The notes: a model not told the origin generated them from the sequence alone. A stretch of DNA of 64,000 nt from an uncultured Actinomycetes bacterium (GCA_964640965.1 CAZXJB010000001.1:6150-70149), one strand, 5' to 3'; counted from the stretch's first letter, positions 8,482-18,806 are shown. A program made the numbers and translations.

Positions 8482-11202
8482 CTACTTCGAGGCCGACTCC
8501 GCCGACCCGAGGACGGCCTGCGCGGCGGCCAGCCGAGCGGTCTCGATGCGGAAGGGCGAGCACGAGACGTAGTCGAGGCCGATCTCGTGGCAGAAGGCCA
8601 CGCTCGCCGGGTCGCCGCCGTGCTCGCCGCAGATGCCGAGGTGCAGGCGGGGGTTCGCGGCCCGCCCCTCCTCGACCGCGATCCGCATCAGCCGGCCGAT
8701 CCCGGTCCGGTCGATCGTGACGAACGGGTTGGCGGGCACGAGGCGCCGCTCCTCGTACATCGCGACGAACTTGCCGATGTCGTCCCGGCTGAACCCGAAG
8801 CCCATCTGCGTGAGGTCGTTCGTGCCGAAGGAGAAGAAGTCGGCGACCTCGGCGATCTCGCCGGCCGTGAGCGCCGCGCGGGGCACCTCGATCATCGTGC
8901 CCCACTCGAGGTGCTCGAGCTCGACGCCCTCGCGCTCGAGCACGTCCCGAGCCACGGGCTCGAGCTCGGCCCGCATCTGCTCGAGCTCGGCTCGCGTCGC
9001 GACGAGCGGGATCATGATCTCGACCCTCGGGTCCCCGCCCTCCTTCCGCACCACCGCGGCCGCCTCGCAGATCGCCCGGACCTGCATCGCGTACAGCCCG
9101 GGCTTCACGATGCCGAGCCGCACCCCGCGCAGGCCGAGCATCGGATTGGCCTCGTGGAGCTCGCGGACCTTCGCGAGGATCCTGCGCGCCTCGTCCAGCG
9201 GCATCCGCTCGCCGCGGACCTCGACCTCCTCCTCGGCGGTGAGCTCCGCCACCCTCGTCGCAACCGCGAGCTCCTCGAGGTTCGGCAGGAACTCGTGCAG
9301 GGGCGGGTCGAGCAGCCGCACCGTGACCGGCAGGCCGCTCATCGCCCGGAAGATCCCGACGAAGTCCCCCCGCTGCAGGGGCAGGAGCTCGTCGTAGGCC
9401 GCCTGCTCCTCGGCCGGGGTCTCGGCGAAGATCATCCGGCGCACGGCCGCGACCCGCTCCGGGCCGAGGAACATGTGCTCGGTCCGGGCGAGGCCGATGC
9501 CCTCCGCCCCGCGCTCGCGCGCGTTCGTCGCCTGCTCGGGGGTGTCGGCGTTCGCACGGACGCGGAGCCGCCGCACGCGATCGGCGTGGGCCATGAGGCG
9601 CTCGAAGGCCAGCCAGATCCTCTCCGACCTCGCGGCGGCGTCCCCGGCCCGAGCGCGCTCCAGGACCGACTCCTCGAGCGGGAGCTCCCCCACGTACACG
9701 TGCCCGGTGAACCCGTCGATCGTGATGACGTCGCCCTCGCGGACCGTGGTCCCGTTGGCGGTGAAGCTCCGCGAGCCGAGGTCGAGCTTGATCTGGTCGG
9801 CGCCGCAGACGGCGGGGATCCCCTCGCCGCGGGCCACCACGGCAGCGTGCGAGTTCGTGCCCCCCGCCGAGGTCAGGATGCCCTGGGAGACGATCATCCC
9901 GTGGTAGTCGTCGGGGGTCGTCTCGCGACGGACGAGGATCACCCGCTCGCCGCGGCCCGCCCACGCCTCGGCATCGTCCGCGCTGAAGACGACCCTGCCG
10001 GTGGCCGCGCCCGGGCTCGCGTTGAGGCCCCTGGCGATCGGCTCCCGCCCCTCGGCCCGCACGCGTCGCTTGAAGAGCTCCTCGAGGCGGTTCGCATCGA
10101 CCCGCAGCAGCGCCGTGTCCTCGTCGATGAGCCCCTCTTCGAGCATGTCGTAGGCCATGACCCACTCCGCGAGCGCGGTGCGCTTCCCGACGCGGGTCTG
10201 GAGGATCCAGAGCTTGCCCTTCTCGATCGTGAACTCGATGTCGCACATGTCCCGGTAGTGCATCTCGAGCGTGTGCATGACCTGCAGGAGCTCCCCGTAG
10301 GAGACGGGGTCCAGCCGCTCGAGCTCGGCGAGCGGCAGCGTGTTCCGGATCCCCGCCACGACGTCCTCCCCCTGGGCGTTCGGCAGGTAGTCGCCGTAGG
10401 GGACCTTCTCCCCCGTCGCCGGGTCGCGCGTGAAGGCCACGCCGGTGCCGGAGTCCTCGCCGCGGTTGCCGAAGACCATGGCGACCACGTTCACCGCGGT
10501 GCCGAGATCGTCGGGGATCCGGTTCTGGCGCCGGTAGTCGCGCGCGCGCTTGCCGTTCCAGCTCTTGAACACCGCCTCGATGGCCAGGCGCAGCTGGACC
10601 CTGGGGTCCTGGGGGAAGTCCTCGCCGACGTGCTCGCGGTAGACCCGCCGGAACTCCTCGATCAGAGCCTGGAGGTCCTCGGCGTCGAGGTCGGTGTCCT
10701 GCGCGCCCGGGAACTTCGCCTCCTTCGCCCGCTCGAGCGCCTCCTCGAACGCCTCCCCCGGCACCCCCATGACGATCTTCCCGAACATCTGGATGAACCG
10801 CCGATAGGCGTCCCGGGCGAAGCGCAGGTCCCCGCCCGAAGCCGCCGCGAGGCCCTCCACGGACGCGTCGTGCAGCCCGAGGTTCAGGACGGTGTCCATC
10901 ATGCCGGGCATGGAGAACTTCGCCCCCGAGCGGACCGAGACGAGGAGGGGATCCTCGGGATCGCCGAGGCGCCGACCCATCGTCGCCTCCAGCCGCGCGA
11001 GGTGCTCCTCGACCTCCTGCATCAGCCCCGGGGGGAAGTCGCCCTCGCGCAGGTACGCGAGGCAGGCCTCGGTCGTGATCGTGAACCCGGGCGGGACGGG
11101 CAGACCCATGTTCGTCATCTCGGCGAGGTTCGCGCCCTTCCCGCCGAGCAGGTCCTTCATGTCCTTGTTGCCCTCGTGGAAGTCGTACACGTACTTCGTC
11201 AC
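8482..11202 (-). CDS. ppdK: pyruvate, phosphate dikinase
   Basis: The 906-aa product starts 'MTKYVYDF...GGKGANLAEM' and contains the catalytic His region 'GGTNSHAAVVARG'. A GGGAGG RBS is present. Confidence 0.95.
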   Translation of the reverse strand: MTKYVYDFHEGNKDMKDLLGGKGANLAEMTNMGLPVPPGFTITTEACLAYLREGDFPPGLMQEVEEHLARLEATMGRRLGDPEDPLLVSVRSGAKFSMPGMMDTVLNLGLHDASVEGLAAASGGDLRFARDAYRRFIQMFGKIVMGVPGEAFEEALERAKEAKFPGAQDTDLDAEDLQALIEEFRRVYREHVGEDFPQDPRVQLRLAIEAVFKSWNGKRARDYRRQNRIPDDLGTAVNVVAMVFGNRGEDSGTGVAFTRDPATGEKVPYGDYLPNAQGEDVVAGIRNTLPLAELERLDPVSYGELLQVMHTLEMHYRDMCDIEFTIEKGKLWILQTRVGKRTALAEWVMAYDMLEEGLIDEDTALLRVDANRLEELFKRRVRAEGREPIARGLNASPGAATGRVVFSADDAEAWAGRGERVILVRRETTPDDYHGMIVSQGILTSAGGTNSHAAVVARGEGIPAVCGADQIKLDLGSRSFTANGTTVREGDVITIDGFTGHVYVGELPLEESVLERARAGDAAARSERIWLAFERLMAHADRVRRLRVRANADTPEQATNARERGAEGIGLARTEHMFLGPERVAAVRRMIFAETPAEEQAAYDELLPLQRGDFVGIFRAMSGLPVTVRLLDPPLHEFLPNLEELAVATRVAELTAEEEVEVRGERMPLDEARRILAKVRELHEANPMLGLRGVRLGIVKPGLYAMQVRAICEAAAVVRKEGGDPRVEIMIPLVATRAELEQMRAELEPVARDVLEREGVELEHLEWGTMIEVPRAALTAGEIAEVADFFSFGTNDLTQMGFGFSRDDIGKFVAMYEERRLVPANPFVTIDRTGIGRLMRIAVEEGRAANPRLHLGICGEHGGDPASVAFCHEIGLDYVSCSPFRIETARLAAAQAVLGSAESASK

Positions 11203-11284
11203 GATCTGCCTCCCGAGCTCACCGGCGTTCCCGCTCAGTCTACGGAGACCGGGGCCCGATGGGACCGTTCAGGACGCCGTGCGC

Positions 11285-12595
11285 TCAGCACACCGCGTTC
11301 AGGAACGGGAAGGGGTTCACGGCCTCCCCGCCCCCGGGGTGGTACTCGAAGTGGTCGTGCGGTCCGGAGGCGTTCCCCGTGCTGCCGACGAAGCCGATGA
11401 CGTCCCCGGCGTGGACCTCGCCGAGCCGCCCGTAGGCCGACAGGTGCGCGTTGTACACGTACCCGCCCTCGCCGTAGACCTTCACGGCGATGCCCCCGAG
11501 CAGGTTGTCCGCGGCGACGGCGACGCCGTCGAACGGCGCCCGGATCGGCGTCCCCGGCGGAGCGAAGATGTCGATCCCCTCGTGCAGGTGGAACCCCCCG
11601 CTCCAGCGCGGCGCGTGCCAGTCGTCGGCGTAGCTCATCGGCTGGTCCACCGGACACACGCGCAGGACCCCTTCGAGCGCGACGTCCACCCGGCCGAGCT
11701 CGCTGGGGAAGGCCTCGAGCCACGTCGCGACGAGCAGCTCGGCCACCACCATCTCCTGCGTGAGGTCCCGGTGCGTCGCGCGCACGCCGCGGAGATCCGC
11801 CTCGAGCTCCTCGATCCGCCCTCGCATCCGGGCGGCCTCCGCGAGCACCTCGGCCTCGCGGGCCCGGAGCTCCAGGCGCGCGCGGAGGGTCCGCCCGAGC
11901 TCGCTCCGGGCCCGGGCGAGCAGCGTCTCGGCCTCGGCGGTGACGCGAGGCTCCCCGGGGATCCCGCGAACGGCGGCGGCGACGGCGGCCGCCCGCGCGA
12001 GCTCCGCCCGCACCCGGTGCTCCTCCTCCGCCAGCCGCGCCTGCGCCCGGCGCAGGTCGGCGAGGAGCGCTCGCATCTGCTCGAGCCTCCGCTCGGCGTC
12101 CGCCCGCTCCGCCAGCAGGGCGATGCCGAGCCGGTCGTTCGCGCGCATCGCCCCGGTCACGACCACGAGCGGCGCTCGCAGGTCGGCGAGGGTCTCCGGG
12201 GCCTCCGGTCGCCCCGGCACCACGCCGGTCATCACGACCCCGGCGGCGAGGGTCCGGCGTCGCTCCCGCAGGCGGCCGAAGGCGGCGAGCCGTCGCTCGG
12301 CGCTCGCCGCCTGATCGCGGATCTCACCCAGACGCACGGCGACGTCCCGGGCGCGCCCTTGCAGCTCCGCGACCTGCGCAGCCAGGACGTCGAGCTGAGC
12401 CCCCACCTCCTCCAGGACCGCCCGGGCCGCCACGAGCCGCACGTCGGGTCCGACCGCGGCGCCCCCCGGGATCCCGCCCGCGAGCACGAGCGCCGCGACG
12501 AGCGCCCCCGCGAGCGCGAGCCGCGGGAGCGACGGCCTCAGGCGAGCTCGTCGACGCGGAGGATCGCGCCGGTCGCGTGCACCTCGGCGCTGCAT
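11285..12595 (-). CDS. M23 family (LytM) metallopeptidase with an N-terminal coiled-coil
   Basis: The C-terminal LytM domain shows 'HxxxD' and 'HDHFE' ('GIDIFAPPGTPIRAPFDGV...GSTGNASGPHDHFEYH'). A long Arg/Ala/Glu coiled-coil precedes it. The start is uncertain (ATG 12595 overlaps the upstream gene by 57 nt; GTG alternatives lie downstream). Confidence 0.8.
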   Translation of the reverse strand: MQRRGARDRRDPPRRRARLRPSLPRLALAGALVAALVLAGGIPGGAAVGPDVRLVAARAVLEEVGAQLDVLAAQVAELQGRARDVAVRLGEIRDQAASAERRLAAFGRLRERRRTLAAGVVMTGVVPGRPEAPETLADLRAPLVVVTGAMRANDRLGIALLAERADAERRLEQMRALLADLRRAQARLAEEEHRVRAELARAAAVAAAVRGIPGEPRVTAEAETLLARARSELGRTLRARLELRAREAEVLAEAARMRGRIEELEADLRGVRATHRDLTQEMVVAELLVATWLEAFPSELGRVDVALEGVLRVCPVDQPMSYADDWHAPRWSGGFHLHEGIDIFAPPGTPIRAPFDGVAVAADNLLGGIAVKVYGEGGYVYNAHLSAYGRLGEVHAGDVIGFVGSTGNASGPHDHFEYHPGGGEAVNPFPFLNAVC

Positions 12596-13275
12596 ACGAA
12601 CCCCCAGGATTGGCCCGGCCGCCAGTCCTCCTTGTTGTCCATGCCGGCGGCGAGCAGGCGACCGCTCCGATCGAGGAACGAGCACCCGAGCTGCGCGTAG
12701 GGGATGACCCGGCCGCTCGTGTTCTCGGCGATCCCGATGAGGTCCGAGTACCCGTAGCTGTGCGTGAGCTGCACGTCGTAGATCCGCACGAGACCCTCGA
12801 ACCCCGTGACCTCCACGCTCACGCCCTCGCCGTTCGGCACGTAGACGGTCTCGGTCACGGTCTCGGTCACGGTCTCGGTCACGACCTTCACCTTGGCCGC
12901 CCGGAGCTCCGCGATCCGCTCCCGCAGCTCCCCGACCCGGGCGGCGAGATCCGCCCGCGCGGCCTCGGCGGCCCGCAGCGCGTCCGCGGTCGCGTCGAGC
13001 TCCGCCCGCAGGGCCTCGATCTGCGTCGCCATCCGGTCCACGTCCCTCCGGGCGCCGACGGACCCGACCGCCCCGGCCGAGACGGCGAGGACCACGAACG
13101 CGAGGACCCACGTGAGCCGGCGCCGCCAGCGCCGGCGACGCCGGGTCGGCGGCCCGCCTCCGGGGCGGGATCTCGCGAGCTCGTCCTCCAGCAGGTCCCG
13201 GCTGACCATGAGCAGCCCCATGCCGGGGAGGAGCGGGTCGGGTGGAGCGGGCGGCGCTTCCAGGGTCGACCTCAT
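12538..13275 (-). CDS. membrane-anchored coiled-coil protein with a (VTET)n repeat; unknown function
   Basis: A TM segment 'LTWVLAFVVLAVSAGAV' and a coiled-coil are followed by 'VTETVTETVTETVYVP' and a C-terminal globular domain. Confidence 0.55.
   Translation of the reverse strand: MRSTLEAPPAPPDPLLPGMGLLMVSRDLLEDELARSRPGGGPPTRRRRRWRRRLTWVLAFVVLAVSAGAVGSVGARRDVDRMATQIEALRAELDATADALRAAEAARADLAARVGELRERIAELRAAKVKVVTETVTETVTETVYVPNGEGVSVEVTGFEGLVRIYDVQLTHSYGYSDLIGIAENTSGRVIPYAQLGCSFLDRSGRLLAAGMDNKEDWRPGQSWGFVCSAEVHATGAILRVDELA
12847..12882. repeat. 12-bp perfect tandem repeat x3 (ggtctcggtcac) encoding VTET repeats
   Basis: The repeat is read directly. Confidence 0.9.
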
Positions 13276-13364
13276 GCCTGCAGCCTGGCAGCGCACGCGC
13301 GGCCGGGGTTGGGTCGGGGAGCCCGCCACCGACGGGCCCTAGGTCCCGGACCCGAGGACCACGC

Positions 13365-14669
13365 TCACGCGGCGGCCCGCAGCGCCGTCAGGGTCGCCGG
13401 GTCGCTCGCGAACAGCACGCGGACGCTCGAGCCCTCGACCGGCAGGACCTCCGCGGCCTGCTCCCCCGCCGCGATCCAGGCGCCCATGGCCTCCGCGAAG
13501 CCCTGGGCGTCCTGCGGGCCGTCCCAGGCGGTCGCGAGCACCACCGCGACGCGCTCGCCGTCCGTCCAGGCCCGGTACAGCCCGCCGTCCCAGCCCGCCG
13601 CCGCCTCCTCCGCCGTCGAGGTCGAAAGACGCAGGCCGAGGGCGATCGCGAGCCAGGCCTCCCCCACCTCCTGCACGTCGAGATCCTCCCACCCGGGGCC
13701 GAGCGCCCGGCCGAGGTCCGGGACGTCCACCGGGGTCGGGACGTCCCCCGGGTAGCGGTCGGGGTGCATGATCTGCTCGGTCGAGACGGGCAGGTCGCGG
13801 AAGGCCCCGTCGATCGCCTGCGCGCCCCCGCGCGAGGAGAGCGCGCTCACGAACGCCTCGCCCTCGGTGTAGGGCCAGAGCTGCTGGCGCTCGATGAACG
13901 GGTCCACCGCGGCGGGGGCGGTGCCGGCCTCGGACGCGAGCTGCAGCTGCTCCTGGGGCGAGAGGTACGTGATCGCGTACCGGCTCATGAGGTGCGTCGC
14001 GTCCCCCTCGGTGAGCCCGATCGCGGCCGTGGCCGCCTCGTCGCGGCAGGAGGTCAGCAGCCGGTCGATGCGCTCGAGGCCGAAGTGCTGGTCGTCGAGG
14101 GCGTGCGTGAGCTCGTGGGCGAGGATCACCCGCGCGTACGGCGAGGGATGCTCGGTGCCGATGAACCGGAGCTCGCCCGTCAGCGTGTCGTAGTAGCCGA
14201 TGACCTGCCCCGACACGAAGCGCTCGAGCTCCTCGCGGATGCTCACCCCGGGCCCGATCACACCGATCGTCTGCCAGGCTCGGCTGCGGCGCTCGAGCAG
14301 CTCCCGCGGGTAGGAGTAGTCGAAGGAGTCGCGCAGGCCCTCGCGGAGCTCCGCCGGGGTCGAGGGCTCGGCCACGACGGGCTCGGTGAAGGTGAGGCCT
14401 CGGAGCTCCTCGACGGCGTCCATCACCTCGGTGACCGCCGGAGGGGTCGGTCCCTCGGGCGGCACCGGCTCGCTCCCGGGCGGCGGCCCGTAGTCGCAGA
14501 GCTTCGCCATCGCCCGGGCGGCCGAGCCGCTCGGGCTCGGGCTCGCGGGGGGGTTCGCCGTCGGCGTGGTCGGCGACGCGCTCGGGCTCGGCGGCGCCGC
14601 CCGCTCGCACGCGACGAGCACGAGCCCGAGGGCGACCACGAGGCCGAGGGCACGTCGGGCTCGCCTCAC
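13365..14669 (-). CDS. lipoprotein, putative secreted zinc metalloprotease (HExxH)
   Basis: It has lipobox 'LVLVAC', a Pro/Ser/Thr linker and the motif 'ILAHELTHALDDQH'. A GTG start at 14669 has a GGGGGGAG RBS. Confidence 0.65.
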   Translation of the reverse strand: MRRARRALGLVVALGLVLVACERAAPPSPSASPTTPTANPPASPSPSGSAARAMAKLCDYGPPPGSEPVPPEGPTPPAVTEVMDAVEELRGLTFTEPVVAEPSTPAELREGLRDSFDYSYPRELLERRSRAWQTIGVIGPGVSIREELERFVSGQVIGYYDTLTGELRFIGTEHPSPYARVILAHELTHALDDQHFGLERIDRLLTSCRDEAATAAIGLTEGDATHLMSRYAITYLSPQEQLQLASEAGTAPAAVDPFIERQQLWPYTEGEAFVSALSSRGGAQAIDGAFRDLPVSTEQIMHPDRYPGDVPTPVDVPDLGRALGPGWEDLDVQEVGEAWLAIALGLRLSTSTAEEAAAGWDGGLYRAWTDGERVAVVLATAWDGPQDAQGFAEAMGAWIAAGEQAAEVLPVEGSSVRVLFASDPATLTALRAAA

Positions 14670-14875
14670 GGCTCCCCCCGACCCGGCACGATCACCGCGG
14701 CGACCGAGAGCGCCGCCGCGGCGACCGAGAGCGCCGCCGAGACCCACAGCCGCCCCATGCCCCGCAGCTCGTCCAGCACCGCCCAAGCCAGGAACGCCGC
14801 CGCGAGCAGCAGGAGCCCGAAGGCGGCCCCGTACAGCCCGAGCGCGAGCGCCGTCGGCCGCCCGCCCCTCCTCAC
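14666..14875 (-). CDS. small two-TM membrane protein, 69 aa
   Basis: A GTG start overlaps the glyS stop (cTGTGAgg). Two hydrophobic helices are predicted. The gene contains a 21-bp perfect tandem duplication. Confidence 0.35.
   Translation of the reverse strand: MRRGGRPTALALGLYGAAFGLLLLAAAFLAWAVLDELRGMGRLWVSAALSVAAAALSVAAVIVPGRGEP
14698..14739. repeat. 21-bp perfect tandem duplication (gcggcgaccgagagcgccgcc x2), in-frame, duplicating 'AALSVAA'
   Basis: The repeat is read directly. Confidence 0.9.
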
Positions 14876-16245
14876 AGACGGTCCCTCAGGTAGGCGACGA
14901 GGTTCGCGATCGGGATCCGGTCCTGCCGCATCGAGTCGCGCTCGCGGACGGTGACCTGCCGGTCCTGGAGCGTGTCGAAGTCGACCGTCACGCAGAACGG
15001 CGTGCCGACCTCGTCCTGCCGCCGGTACCGCCGGCCGATGGACCCCGCGTCGTCGTAGTCGCACATCCAGTGCACCTTGAGCAGGTCGAAGATCGCCCGG
15101 GCGTCGGGGATCAGCGCCTCGTTGCGAGACAGCGGCAGCACCGCCACCTTCGTCGGCGCGAGGTCCCTGTGGAGCTTCAGCACCACCCGCCGCTCGGTGC
15201 CGCCCGAGGCGGTCGGCGCCTCCTCCTCGTGGTAGGCGTCGATGAGGAACGCGAGCAGGCACCGGTCGACGCCCGCCGCCGGCTCGATCACGTACGGGTG
15301 GTAGCGGACCTGCTTGTCCTGATCGAAGTAGGTGAGGTCCTGGCCCGAGTGCTCCTCGTGCTGGCGCAGGTCGTAGTCGGTGCGGTTCGCGATGCCCTCG
15401 AGCTCGCCCCAGTCGGTGAACGGGTACCGGTACTCGATGTCCACGGTCCGCTTGGAGTAGTGCGAGAGCTCCTCGGGCGCGTGCTCGCGCACCCGCAGGT
15501 TCTCCTCCCGCATCCCGAGGTCCAGGTACCAGCGGTAGCGCTCGGCGATCCAGTACTCGTGCCACTCCTCGTCGGTGCCCGGCTCGACGAAGTACTCCAT
15601 CTCCATCTGCTCGAACTCGCGCATCCGGAAGATGAAGTTGCCCGGGGTGATCTCGTTGCGGAAGGACTTCCCGATCTGGGCGATGCCGAACGGGACCTTC
15701 TTCCGGCTCACCTGCTGGATCTGGACGAAGTCCACGAACATCCCCTGCGCCGTCTCCGGGCGCAGGTACACGACGCTCGCCTCGTCCTCGACCGGGCCCA
15801 TGTGCGTCTTGAACATCAGGTTGAAGTTGCGGGGCTCGGTGAAGCCGTGGTGCCCGCAGCTCGGGCAGACCGGGCGATGGGCGAGGTCGACCGTCGTCTC
15901 GTCCTCCTCGTGCCCGGACTGGGGCGCGTGGAAGCCGGGGATGTGGTCCGCCCGGAACCGCTGGTGGCACTGGAGGCACTCGACGAGCGGGTCGGTGAAG
16001 ACCTCGACGTGCCCCGAGGCCTCCCAGACCCTCGGCGACATGATGATCGCCGCCTCCAGGCCGACGACGTCGTCCCGGAGCTGGACCATCGAGCGCCACC
16101 AGGCGTTGCGGATGTTCCGCTTCAGCTCGACGCCGAGGGGCCCGTAGTCCCAGGACGAGCGGAGCCCCCCGTAGATCTCGCTGGACTGGAAGACGATCCC
16201 CCGCCGCTTGGCGAGGGAGGTGATGGCCTCCATCAGATCGGCCAC
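14872..16245 (-). CDS. glyS: glycine--tRNA ligase (class II, alpha2 type)
   Basis: The 457-aa product begins '[28 protein letters not shown]...[13 protein letters not shown]'. Confidence 0.95.
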   Translation of the reverse strand: MADLMEAITSLAKRRGIVFQSSEIYGGLRSSWDYGPLGVELKRNIRNAWWRSMVQLRDDVVGLEAAIIMSPRVWEASGHVEVFTDPLVECLQCHQRFRADHIPGFHAPQSGHEEDETTVDLAHRPVCPSCGHHGFTEPRNFNLMFKTHMGPVEDEASVVYLRPETAQGMFVDFVQIQQVSRKKVPFGIAQIGKSFRNEITPGNFIFRMREFEQMEMEYFVEPGTDEEWHEYWIAERYRWYLDLGMREENLRVREHAPEELSHYSKRTVDIEYRYPFTDWGELEGIANRTDYDLRQHEEHSGQDLTYFDQDKQVRYHPYVIEPAAGVDRCLLAFLIDAYHEEEAPTASGGTERRVVLKLHRDLAPTKVAVLPLSRNEALIPDARAIFDLLKVHWMCDYDDAGSIGRRYRRQDEVGTPFCVTVDFDTLQDRQVTVRERDSMRQDRIPIANLVAYLRDRL

Positions 16246-16339
16246 GTGCTCGCTCCTTTCCCGGCCGCTGGCGGCGGCCGCTGGCGTCGAGCACAGTGTA
16301 CGGTGCAGCGCCCCGCCCGGACGGCCGATACCTGGAGTG

Positions 16340-16930
16340 ATGACCGCGCCGAGGACCTGCCGCGCGTGCGGGGCGCCGCTCCCGGGCGACGTCCGCTGGT
16401 GCCTGCGGTGCTACGAACCGGTGCGCGGGCTCAGCCCGCGGCCGCCCCAGCTGCCCCCGCTCCCCACGGTTCGCGAGCCGCCACCCGAGCCGCGCACGTC
16501 GCGGTGGCGGGCGGGACCGACCACCCTCGGCCCGGTCGGGCGGATCGTCTCGACGCTCGTGCTCGCCCTGTTCGCGCCCTGGCGCGGGCTCGTCGGCTTC
16601 GGCAGCGCGCTCGGACCGCTCATGCTCTGGTACCTCCTCGGCTACACGCTCATCGCCGTGGTGCTCCTGCCCCACATCTGGCGCCGGGAGCGCGTCCTCG
16701 ACCCGAGACCGACCGCGGCCGACCGCCTCCGAGCGCGCGCGGCCGCCGCAGCCCCTCGCCTCGCGCGCCCGATCCCTCCGATCCTGATCCTCGCCGCGCT
16801 CGGCCTCTGCGGGCTCATCGCCCTCGCCGTGGCCTGGACGACCATGGGGAGCGTCGGTCGCTACTACCTGGTGGCGATCGGCGTCACCGTCGGGGCCGGC
16901 CTGTTCCTCGCGATCTGGAACGAGCTGTAG
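16340..16930 (+). CDS. membrane protein with an N-terminal zinc ribbon (CxxC-x13-CxxC) and about four TM helices
   Basis: The motif '[21 protein letters not shown]' is present. ATG 16340 follows GGAG. The upstream 44 codons of the track ORF overlap glyS. Confidence 0.55.
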   Translation: MTAPRTCRACGAPLPGDVRWCLRCYEPVRGLSPRPPQLPPLPTVREPPPEPRTSRWRAGPTTLGPVGRIVSTLVLALFAPWRGLVGFGSALGPLMLWYLLGYTLIAVVLLPHIWRRERVLDPRPTAADRLRARAAAAAPRLARPIPPILILAALGLCGLIALAVAWTTMGSVGRYYLVAIGVTVGAGLFLAIWNEL

Positions 16931-16953
16931 GCGACCCGGCCTAGACTTCGGCC

Positions 16954-18765
16954 GTGGACGTCCCGGGGTTCCTCGCCTCGCACCCGCCCTTCGACGAGCT
17001 CACGCCCGAACAGCTGCAGCGCGTCCTCGGCGCCCTGGAGATCGCGCACTTCCCGCCCGGGGCGGTGATCCTCGAGGAGGCCGGCGAGCCCGCCTCGCAC
17101 CTGTACGTGATCCGCAAGGGCACGGTCGAGATCCTCGACGACGGCCTCGTGATCGACGAGCTCGGCGAGGGCGAGGTCTTCGGGATGTGGTCGCTGCTCG
17201 GCCGCGTCGCGCCGAGCGCCACGGTGCGGGCCAAGGAGGACACGCTCTGCTACCTGCTCGGGGCCGATGTGGCGCAGGAGGTGCTCGCGACCCGCGCCGG
17301 CGCCGCCTTCGTCATCGCGGCCCTGCGCCGGCGGGCCGAGCGCGTCCGCCACGCCCTCGACGAGACGCCGTCCCCCGCCGGGCTGCGGCCGGTCGGCTCG
17401 CTGCTCCGACGGCCCCCGGTCACGTGCGCGCCGGAGCTCCCGGTGGCCGAGGCCGCCGCCCTCATGGCCCGCGAGCGGGTCTCGAGCCTGCTCGTCCCGC
17501 ACGGCGACGGTCGCCTCGGCATCCTCACCGACCGGGACCTCCGCACCCGCGTCGTGGCTCGCCGCCTGGATCCCGGGACCCCCGTCCGCGAGATCATGAC
17601 CCCCCGGGCCGTGACCGTCACCGCGGACGCGATGGCCGGCGAGGTGCTCCTCGCCATGCTCGAGCACGGCGTCCACCACCTGCCCGTCGTCGACCGCGCG
17701 GGGCGCGTGCTCGGGGTCGTCACGGACACCGACCTCATGGGGATCGGGCGTGAGACGCCGTTCGCGCTGAAGAGCGCGCTCGAGCGGGCCGCCGACCCCG
17801 ATGCCGTCGCCGCCGAGCTGCGCCGCCTGCCGGACGTCGTGGCCGCGCTCGTGGGATCCGGCACGGACCCCGTGCACATCGGGCACGTCGTCTCCTTCGC
17901 GATCGACGCGGCGACGAAGCGACTCATCGCGCTCGCGATCCGGGAGCTCGGGGAGCCGCCGACCCCGTGGGCGTGGCTCGCGCTCGGCAGCGCGGCGCGC
18001 CAGGAGCAGGCGATCCGCACCGACCAGGACCACGCCCTCGCCGTGGGGGGCGAGCCCGATGCGTTCGCCGGGATCGCCGAGCGCGTCGTCGCGGGGCTGG
18101 AGGCGGGCGGCATCCCGCGCTGCAACGCCGACGTCATGGCGAGCGACCCCCGGCTCCGCCTCACGCTCGAGGACTGGGTCCGGCGCTTCGAGGCGTGGAT
18201 GGCGGAGGAGGGACCGACGGGCAGCGAGCAGCTCTCGATCCTCGCCGACCAGCGGCAGGTGACGGGCCCGCTGGAGGCCGAAGCGGCGCTGGACGACGTC
18301 ATGGCCCGGGCCGCGGAGCACCCCCGGTTCCTCCGGCAGCTCGCCCGGCGGGCCCTCGACGAGCGCCCGCCCCTCGGCTTCGTCCGCGACCTGCAGGTCG
18401 AGCACCGGGGCGAGCACGCCGGCACGATCGACGTGAAGCACCGGGGCGTCGTGATCGTGAGCAACCTCGCCCGGGCCTACGCCGCCCGGGCGGGCATCAC
18501 GGCGAAGCGGACCCTCGAGCGCCTCCGGGCCGCGGAGACGGCGGGGGTGATCGACGCCGAGACCCGGGCGGACCTCGAGGAGGCCTTCGGGTTCCTCTGG
18601 GAGGTCCGGCTCCGGCACCAGGTCGAGCGCCACCGCGCCGGCCTTGCGCCCGACGACTTCGTCGACCCCCACGAGCTCGGGCCCGTCATTCGCCAGGGGC
18701 TGAAGGAGGCCTTCCGCGTCGTGCACCGGGCACAGCGCGCCCTCGCGCTCGAGCTCGGCCTCTGA
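16954..18765 (+). CDS. signalling protein with a cNMP-binding domain, a tandem CBS pair and a DUF294 nucleotidyltransferase with DUF294_C
   Basis: The cNMP fold 'GEVFGMWSLL' and two CBS motifs are present. The C-terminal architecture is typical of DUF294-family putative nucleotidyltransferases. Confidence 0.8.
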   Translation: MDVPGFLASHPPFDELTPEQLQRVLGALEIAHFPPGAVILEEAGEPASHLYVIRKGTVEILDDGLVIDELGEGEVFGMWSLLGRVAPSATVRAKEDTLCYLLGADVAQEVLATRAGAAFVIAALRRRAERVRHALDETPSPAGLRPVGSLLRRPPVTCAPELPVAEAAALMARERVSSLLVPHGDGRLGILTDRDLRTRVVARRLDPGTPVREIMTPRAVTVTADAMAGEVLLAMLEHGVHHLPVVDRAGRVLGVVTDTDLMGIGRETPFALKSALERAADPDAVAAELRRLPDVVAALVGSGTDPVHIGHVVSFAIDAATKRLIALAIRELGEPPTPWAWLALGSAARQEQAIRTDQDHALAVGGEPDAFAGIAERVVAGLEAGGIPRCNADVMASDPRLRLTLEDWVRRFEAWMAEEGPTGSEQLSILADQRQVTGPLEAEAALDDVMARAAEHPRFLRQLARRALDERPPLGFVRDLQVEHRGEHAGTIDVKHRGVVIVSNLARAYAARAGITAKRTLERLRAAETAGVIDAETRADLEEAFGFLWEVRLRHQVERHRAGLAPDDFVDPHELGPVIRQGLKEAFRVVHRAQRALALELGL

Positions 18766-18806
18766 CCCCCGCGCCGCGGGGGGCCGTCCGCGCCTCGCAC
18801 CTCGTC

